From contig JAVCCG010000133.1 in the NCBI GenBank assembly GCA_030765605.1, positions 12,086-76,085 on the forward strand: 64,000 bases of DNA, given 5' to 3'. The DNA comes from Candidatus Alcyoniella australis (lineage in GTDB: Bacteria; Lernaellota; Lernaellaia; JAVCCG01; Alcyoniellaceae). The position numbers and the translations under genes were made by a program. Positions within the stretch are counted from its first letter, which is position 1; the number at the start of each line of letters is the position of its first letter. The notes below the pieces were generated by a model. It saw only the letters and a program-made list of their open reading frames with translations. It did not search any database and was not told the DNA's origin. Shown here in pieces: positions 58,129-64,000 of this stretch.

Positions 58129-59133
58129 ATGCGGATCACCGTTGTTATCCCGTTTCGCAATGCCGAGGCCACCATCGAGCGTTGCGTCGAGCGCCTGCGC
58201 TCCTCGTCGCGTCCGCCGGACGAGATCGTGCTGGTCGACGACGCGAGCGAGGATCAAGGCTTCGAGCGCCTATCGCAGATCGACGGGCTGATCCACATTC
58301 GCAATCTCGATCCGCGCGGTGCGGCATATGCGCGCAACGTCGGGGCCGCGGCCGGCAGCGGCGACGTGCTGCTGTTCGTGGATGCCGACGTGCTGGCGCA
58401 GCCCGACGCCATCGAGTTGATCGAGCGTCGCCTTGAGCAGGACCCGACGCTTGGCGGCGTGTTCGGCGCCTACACCGCGCACACCGAGCCGCGTAATTTC
58501 GCCTCGGTCTACAAGAACCTGGTGCATCACTACACCCACCGGCAAAGCGCCGGGCCGATAGACACCTTCTGGGCGGGCTGCGGCGCGTTGCGGCGCGAGG
58601 CGTTCCAGGCAGTGGGCGGGTTCGACCAAAGTTTTGCCGCGGCCAGCGTGGAAGACATCGACCTGGGATACCGGCTGAGCGCCGCGGGGATTAAGGTCGA
58701 GATCGATCCGCGCATCCAGGTCACGCACGTCAAGCGCTACACCCTGGCCGGGTTGATCATCAGCGACCTGAAATTCCGCGCCGTGCCCTGGACCGCGCTG
58801 ATGGTCCGTCGCCGCCGTTTTACCCCGGTGCTCAACCTCAAGCCGCACAATCTGATCGCCGCGGGATTGGCCGCGGCCGCGCTGCCGGTGCTGGCCGCGC
58901 TGCTGCTGTTGGGGCTGTGGACCTGGGCCGTTGCGCTGCTCGGCGCGACTCTGATCGGCTGGGCAGCGCTCAACCGCGGGCTGCTGGGATTTGTGTTGCG
59001 CACCCGCGGGTTGCCCTTCGCCGCGAGGTTCGCGCTGATGCATTTGCTGAGTCACGTCTACAGCGCGCTGGGGTTGGCCGTGGGCCTGCTGATGGCGGCT
59101 TTGAGCCGCCCGCAAAACTCGCGTCCTGCGTAG
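58129..59133 (+). CDS. Family-2 glycosyltransferase with C-terminal membrane segment
   Basis: Start at internal Met (MRITVVIPFRNAE); 'VLVDDASED' DXD-region, 'DADV' motif. Confidence 0.7.
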   Translation: MRITVVIPFRNAEATIERCVERLRSSSRPPDEIVLVDDASEDQGFERLSQIDGLIHIRNLDPRGAAYARNVGAAAGSGDVLLFVDADVLAQPDAIELIERRLEQDPTLGGVFGAYTAHTEPRNFASVYKNLVHHYTHRQSAGPIDTFWAGCGALRREAFQAVGGFDQSFAAASVEDIDLGYRLSAAGIKVEIDPRIQVTHVKRYTLAGLIISDLKFRAVPWTALMVRRRRFTPVLNLKPHNLIAAGLAAAALPVLAALLLLGLWTWAVALLGATLIGWAALNRGLLGFVLRTRGLPFAARFALMHLLSHVYSALGLAVGLLMAALSRPQNSRPA

Positions 59134-59261
59134 GTCGTTGAGCAACGATCCTCCCCGCGTCGCGCAGAGCGTTTAATCTTTTTGCAAGACCGGCAGCAGG
59201 GGATCCGTAAACGGTTCAGGCTAATGGCCCCCTTTCCCAACGTGAGCTAAGATCGGGTGCA

Positions 59262-59720
59262 ATGGAAGAGCAGGGAACAGTAATCGAGATACAGGGTGAG
59301 CTGGCTGTGGTCCAGGCGCGGCGGGGACAGGCCTGCCAGGGCTGTCACGCCGAGGCCGGCGGGCACTGCGGCTGCGAGATGCTCGGGCCGGAGAAGAAGC
59401 TGATGCACCTGCGCGCGCTCAACCGCGCCGGGGCTCGTAAGGGCGATACGGTGGAGGTATCGGTGGGCGCGCCTAACGTGCTCAAGGTCAGCGCGCTGCT
59501 CTACATCACGCCGTTGATCGGACTGATCTGCGGGGCGCTGCTGGGCCGCACTCTGGCGTCCGCCATTGCCTTGGGGCTGCCCGAGGAGCTGGTTGTGGGC
59601 TTCAGCGGCATGCTCGGGATGGCGCTGGTCTTCGTCTTTTTAAGGCTGGTGCTGCGCAGGCTCGAGACCAACGCGGAGTACGTTCCGGTGGTCACCCGCG
59701 TAATCCACAGCGTCCCGTAG
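59262..59720 (+). CDS. rseC: RseC/MucC-family protein (SoxR-reducing-system / Rnf-associated)
   Basis: 152 aa; N-terminal Cys cluster 'CQGCHAEAGGHCGC', two C-terminal TM helices, as in RseC. Confidence 0.6.
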   Translation: MEEQGTVIEIQGELAVVQARRGQACQGCHAEAGGHCGCEMLGPEKKLMHLRALNRAGARKGDTVEVSVGAPNVLKVSALLYITPLIGLICGALLGRTLASAIALGLPEELVVGFSGMLGMALVFVFLRLVLRRLETNAEYVPVVTRVIHSVP

Positions 59721-59738
59721 GGTTTATTCTGGATCGTA

Positions 59739-61490
59739 TTGCAGATGTCTTCGCAGCCAGCTGAGGGAACCGCCCGGTCGTTGTTGCCGTTGTGCCTGCT
59801 GATCGCGGCGCTGACCTGCCTGGCCTACCTGCCGACCCTGGCCGGCGACTTCGTCTGGGACGACTTGAGCCTGATCCGCGACAACCCGCATCTGGGGAAC
59901 CCGGCCAACCTACCGCGCTACTTCACCAACGACCTGGGGCGCTTCAACCAATTCCCGCATTCGATGAACTTCTATCGGCCGCTGCAGCCGTTGACCTTTT
60001 TTGTCGAATACCGGCTGTGGGGACTCAACCCGTTCGGCTTTCACCTGACCAACCTGTTGCTGCACATCTGCGCCAGCTTGGCGGCGTTTAAGCTGCTGCT
60101 GCTGCTCGCCCCGGGCCGCATTAAAGCTGCGGTGTTCGGCGCACTGCTGTTCGCATTACACCCGGTGCATGTTGAGCAGGTGGCGATGGTCGGCAACCGC
60201 GGCGGGCTGCTCGCAACGCTGTTTGTCCTGCTGAGTCTGATCTACGGCGTGCGCGCGCTTGGCGGCGAGCGCCGGGCCTACGCTTGGTCGCTGATTACGA
60301 TGACTCTGGCGCTGTTGTCCAAGGAAAGCGCCATCGTGTTGCCCGCGCTGCTGATGCTCTGCGCGCTGATCTTCCACCGCGAGCTGTGGCGCCGCGGGAC
60401 GCGCGGCAAGCTGGCGCTGTTCGCCGCGGGCCACTGGCTGCTGGCCGCAGCCTACCTGGCTTGGCGCTCGCTGCTGGGTATCGCGCTGGTGGGCCAGGGC
60501 AGCGGCTTGGACCTGGGCAGGCAGCTGGCCGCGACCCCGCCGCTGCTGTTCGATCACCTGCGCGTGCTGCTGCTGCCGTTGTATCTGCGCCCCTACTACA
60601 GCATCGCCGCACAGAGCCCGGCCGCGACGCTGTGGTGGATCAAGCTCGCGGTGCTGATTCTGGTCGCCGTGCTGCTGTTGCTCGCGGCGCGACGTTCGCG
60701 GATCGCGGCCTTTGGCGTCGGATTTTACATTTTGAGCGTGGCGCCGTTTCTCAACGTGGCCTCGCTCAACAAGCTGTTCGTCGAGCACTATCTTTACTTG
60801 CCCAGCCTGGGCCTGGCCGCGTTGTGCACGGCCCTGCCGCTGGACCGTGCGTCGCGCTTTAGCAAAGCGATCGGCGCTTTGGTCGCAATCAACCTGCTGT
60901 TGTTCGGAGCGATCAGCTTCGACCGTAGCCTGGACTGGCGTAGCGACATTCGGCTCTGGACCCGGGCCGTGGCCACCGACCCGGGAAGCCCCGAGGCGTT
61001 CAACAATCTGGGCTCGGCCTATTACCAATTGGCCAAGGCCGGAGGCGAACGCTCGGATGAACGGTTGATCCTCGCCGCCGATGCGTTCAACCGCAGTCTG
61101 GAACTGTTCCCGGCCAACCCCGAGGCCGCCTACAACCTCGGCCTGTGCCAGTTGGCGCTGAACGATCCGACGGCGGCAATCGTCTCGATGCGTCACGCCC
61201 TGCGCTTTAACCCGGACTACGATCGGGCGTTGATCGGCCTGGGCCTGGCCGCGGTACGATCCGATATCGATAACGCCCATCAGGCGCTGGTCGGCATTGA
61301 TCAGCCCTATCGCGCGGCGTCGGTCCACCTGGGATTGGCAACGGGCTATGGCGGGGCCGGGCGCAACGACCTTGCCATCGAGCATTTCCGCGTGTTTCTG
61401 GACGGCGCCGCGCCGGATCATCCCCAACGCGAGCGCGTTGAGCGCCACTTGCTGTACCTGGTTGAGCGCCAAGAAAAGCTGCGAAATTAG
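59739..61490 (+). CDS. Polytopic GT-C-like (PMT/ArnT-type) glycosyltransferase with C-terminal TPR repeats
   Basis: ~11 TM N-terminal domain with 'DDLSLIRDNPHL' loop motif typical of this family, followed by TPR repeats. Confidence 0.6.
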   Translation: MQMSSQPAEGTARSLLPLCLLIAALTCLAYLPTLAGDFVWDDLSLIRDNPHLGNPANLPRYFTNDLGRFNQFPHSMNFYRPLQPLTFFVEYRLWGLNPFGFHLTNLLLHICASLAAFKLLLLLAPGRIKAAVFGALLFALHPVHVEQVAMVGNRGGLLATLFVLLSLIYGVRALGGERRAYAWSLITMTLALLSKESAIVLPALLMLCALIFHRELWRRGTRGKLALFAAGHWLLAAAYLAWRSLLGIALVGQGSGLDLGRQLAATPPLLFDHLRVLLLPLYLRPYYSIAAQSPAATLWWIKLAVLILVAVLLLLAARRSRIAAFGVGFYILSVAPFLNVASLNKLFVEHYLYLPSLGLAALCTALPLDRASRFSKAIGALVAINLLLFGAISFDRSLDWRSDIRLWTRAVATDPGSPEAFNNLGSAYYQLAKAGGERSDERLILAADAFNRSLELFPANPEAAYNLGLCQLALNDPTAAIVSMRHALRFNPDYDRALIGLGLAAVRSDIDNAHQALVGIDQPYRAASVHLGLATGYGGAGRNDLAIEHFRVFLDGAAPDHPQRERVERHLLYLVERQEKLRN

Positions 61491-61495
61491 CCTGG

Positions 61496-61819
61496 TTAGT
61501 CCAGGTGAAAGACCTCGGTCAGTTCGAGCATCCCCTGGTCCGGGTTGCGGCCGTCCAGCGCCTCGAAAAAGGGGGCCATGGTTTTTTGCCAGCGCGCGTT
61601 GATCTCTTCACTGGCCATGCCCTCCAGCGCTGATTGGAAGTCGCGCTGCGCCTCGAAGTAGCCGAACAGCAGCCCGTCGTCGTGCATGAACAGCGAGTAG
61701 TTGTGCCAGCCCTGACGGCTTAGCGCTTCGAGCATCTCGGGCCAGACCTGCTCGTGCTTTTGTTTGTACTCCGCGAGCATCTCCTGCCGAACTTTCAGAA
61801 TGAACCCAACCCGTTTCAT
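61496..61819 (-). CDS. rhaM: L-rhamnose mutarotase family protein
   Basis: 107 aa; 'HEQVWPEMLEALSRQGWHNYSLFMHDDGLLFGYFE...LTEVFHLD' matches RhaM/YiiL. Confidence 0.7.
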   Translation of the reverse strand: MKRVGFILKVRQEMLAEYKQKHEQVWPEMLEALSRQGWHNYSLFMHDDGLLFGYFEAQRDFQSALEGMASEEINARWQKTMAPFFEALDGRNPDQGMLELTEVFHLD

Positions 61820-61839
61820 TGCTAAGCTCCTTGTGAGCG

Positions 61840-63222
61840 CTAATTAAAAAAGGCGATGGAGATTCCCTCTGAGCGCGAGGGCCAATTGCGCACGGCCAGG
61901 GGGCGACCGCTGAACTCGAAGTTCGTCGCGGCCTGCTGGTCGCCGGCCACACGCATGTCGAAAACGCGGATGAACGGCACCATGTCAAACGGGAATCCGG
62001 CCATTGTCAGGTCGCTGACGCCGTTGAAGTTGGAGTCGATGAATCCCACAACGATGGTCGAGGCCTGCGGATCACCGATGGGCGTGGCCGCGAGGTCCAA
62101 TCCGTTGACCAGCAGCGTGTCGCGGCCCGCGACCAGCGAGCGGTTGAGGTTGAGGTAGGCGACCAAGGCCAACTCGTCGTCAAAGGGGATCAGCCGGAAC
62201 ACGTACCCAAGGAAGCTCTCCGGTCCGGGGAATGAGCGGAAGTGGACCTTGTCGCTGGAACGCACGAACGGCTCGCGGTAGTAGTGCACCGGCGGCAACT
62301 CCGGGTCGGGGTCGATGTAGACGAACTCGTAATAGGCCTCGGGCTCGGCAATCAGCTCGCCCCAATATCCGTTGTCGTCGACCTGAAATACGGCCAGCGG
62401 CTGCTCGCTGTAACGCATCGCGTTCGCCGGATCGACCTGATAGACACGCAGTTCGATGCCCGCTTTGGGCAGGTTCTCGCCCAGGGTCAACACGCGACCC
62501 GCGAGGCGGATCGGGCTGTGCGGCTCGATTTGGGTGGTGCGCGGCTCACGGTCGTTGAAGAAGCGATAAATCTCGTCAAACGTCTGGGCCGAGGTCGCCA
62601 GTTGCAGATGATCCAGGCCAGGCAGAACCACATTTTGCGCACCCTCGATCTGGGTGACGCCGCCGATGATGTAGTCGTCGGGCGATGAGATGTTGAGCGT
62701 ATCGACCAGCGCGGGGAAGTCCTGGTAGGGGAGCGCGGCAAGGTTGGCGTAGTGTGCCACCAGCGCCGGATTGCCGGGCCGCGAGAGGAACTCGTGACAC
62801 AGGTAGCCGCCCATCGAGTGCCCCAGCAGGTCGATCTGCTGCGCGCCGCTACGTTGCATCACCTCGGCTACGAAGCCCTCGAGGCGCAGGGTTTCGTACT
62901 TCACATCGCCCAGGGTGTTCCAGTCGAAGCTGTGGATTTGCTCCGGGCAGTAGCCGTTGGTGGTCAGGCGCTGTGTCTGGGTGTGGAACGCGTCGCCGTT
63001 CTCGATTAATCCGTGGGCAAAGACGATGGGCAGCAGCGTATCGTCGCACTCGGGCTGACCGTCGTCGTCGCCATCGTCGTCGTTGCCGGAATCATCGTCG
63101 TCCTGCGGGTCCTGGTCGTCATCATCGTCGTTGGAATCGCAGGCTGTAAGCGCACAGCACAGCAGCACGAATATCAAAACGGCAAGCAGGGCTGCGGTCG
63201 GACTACGCATGATCTTCTCCAT
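61840..63222 (-). CDS. Lipoprotein alpha/beta-hydrolase (lipase/esterase-like) with poly-Asp linker
   Basis: Signal peptide + LTAC lipobox then DSNDDDDDQDPQDDDDSGNDDDGDDDG; 'GHSMGG' nucleophile elbow. Confidence 0.65.
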   Translation of the reverse strand: MEKIMRSPTAALLAVLIFVLLCCALTACDSNDDDDDQDPQDDDDSGNDDDGDDDGQPECDDTLLPIVFAHGLIENGDAFHTQTQRLTTNGYCPEQIHSFDWNTLGDVKYETLRLEGFVAEVMQRSGAQQIDLLGHSMGGYLCHEFLSRPGNPALVAHYANLAALPYQDFPALVDTLNISSPDDYIIGGVTQIEGAQNVVLPGLDHLQLATSAQTFDEIYRFFNDREPRTTQIEPHSPIRLAGRVLTLGENLPKAGIELRVYQVDPANAMRYSEQPLAVFQVDDNGYWGELIAEPEAYYEFVYIDPDPELPPVHYYREPFVRSSDKVHFRSFPGPESFLGYVFRLIPFDDELALVAYLNLNRSLVAGRDTLLVNGLDLAATPIGDPQASTIVVGFIDSNFNGVSDLTMAGFPFDMVPFIRVFDMRVAGDQQAATNFEFSGRPLAVRNWPSRSEGISIAFFN

Positions 63223-63232
63223 TGCCGATTGC

Positions 63233-63745
63233 TCAGTCGAGCAGGTAGACCTCCACGCGATATTTGAGATGCTGCCCCTTGTGCTTATCGGCGTTCATCG
63301 GCCTGCCGTGTACGAACAGCAGGGTGCTCGGCGGAAAGCCTCCCTCGGGAGCGACGTCGAGTACGAGCGGGCCTTTTTTCGATACGATCCTTTCGCCGTA
63401 GACCTTGCCGCGATGGGGGCAAAATCCGCTGCCCACGCTCAGCTCGATCTCCCAGGGCTCGCCCTGGTCCGGCTGCTCCCAGTTGATCACGGCGATCACG
63501 CGGCCAAAGCCGTCGGCGTCGCTGTTCCAATGGTGCTTAATGTCGATCTCTTGGCTGCCGTCGTAATCCGCGGCGATCAGGAAGGACCCCGAGCCGCCCT
63601 CTTCGAGCACGACCGGATCGAGCCCGGCGATCAGCGCCGCCACATCGGCCACGCTGGACGCTTCGTCATTCTGTTCCGCAGCGGCCGCGCTTGCGCACAG
63701 CGCAAAGACCATCAGGATCGACAGCAGGGTTCGGACGGATCTCAT
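63233..63745 (-). CDS. Secreted hypothetical protein
   Basis: Start at Met25 of ORF-track frame (MRSVRTLLSILMVFALCASAAAA signal peptide). Confidence 0.45.
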   Translation of the reverse strand: MRSVRTLLSILMVFALCASAAAAEQNDEASSVADVAALIAGLDPVVLEEGGSGSFLIAADYDGSQEIDIKHHWNSDADGFGRVIAVINWEQPDQGEPWEIELSVGSGFCPHRGKVYGERIVSKKGPLVLDVAPEGGFPPSTLLFVHGRPMNADKHKGQHLKYRVEVYLLD

Positions 63746-63874
63746 CGGAGTCTCCTTAACTTGTAAAGCAATAATCTGCCATCGACCCCCAGCCCGGTCA
63801 ATCCGGCGCATTGCCACGGGCTCGTTCAGCTGATAAGAATCGTATCCTTTCCGTCCTTCCCGGGGGTAATTGCC

Positions 63875-64000
63875 ATGAGAGTTCCTCGTCTAAAAACGGC
63901 GCTCGCCGCGGCGCTGCTGTGCAGCGTATTGTTTGCATCGCTTGCCGCGTCGGCCCAATCGCCCACGCTGCTGGACCAGCGCAAGGCAGCCGATGCGCTC
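63875..64000 (+). CDS. 5' fragment of a secreted-protein gene (MRVPRLKTALAAALLCSVLFASLAASAQS...), truncated by window end
   Basis: ATG preceded by ggggg SD-like run; signal peptide. Confidence 0.4.
   Translation, partial: MRVPRLKTALAAALLCSVLFASLAASAQSPTLLDQRKAADAL

Overview
This is a 64-kb, roughly 65 % GC chromosomal segment from a diderm (Gram-negative) bacterium. Gene content is mostly housekeeping: lptFG, lolA, mlaFED plus an MCE protein, a FadL-family outer-membrane protein, a complete rnfABCDGE operon, plsC, gpsA and alr. The style looks delta-proteobacterial / Myxococcota-like, but no taxon can be assigned from sequence alone.

Coding annotation highlights:
- A Septu-like ptuA/ptuB pair (ATPase + HNH nuclease) sits at the left edge.
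- An ftsK-lolA-yajQ block and a tRNA-Lys(CUU) follow.
- selD is split by the ORF caller at an in-frame TGA, which I read as selenocysteine.
- There is a CDF-transporter::SPFH fusion in an hflK/hflC-like operon.
- Many secreted proteins and lipoproteins carry poly-aspartate tracts.
- Two low-GC islets stand out: a toxin-antitoxin island (Phd/ParE plus HigB with a HigA-HTH::COG2856 peptidase fusion) and a solitary GIY-YIG nuclease.

Non-coding highlights:
- Two perfect 16-bp parS palindromes lie 100 bp apart in an AT-rich convergent intergenic region. This suggests the window is origin-proximal.
- A previously unrecognised ~178-bp intergenic repeat family occurs in 3 copies. Each copy has its own perfectly complementary terminal stem, and the stem sequences co-vary between copies. 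This is the most unusual thing in the window.
- An 80-bp tandem duplication sits upstream of rnf, together with CAATATT inverted repeats.

CDS coordinates follow the supplied ORF track, with internal starts adjusted by codon arithmetic. Hand-indexed non-coding features may be off by 1-2 nt. No CRISPR, rRNA, integrase or transposase is visible.
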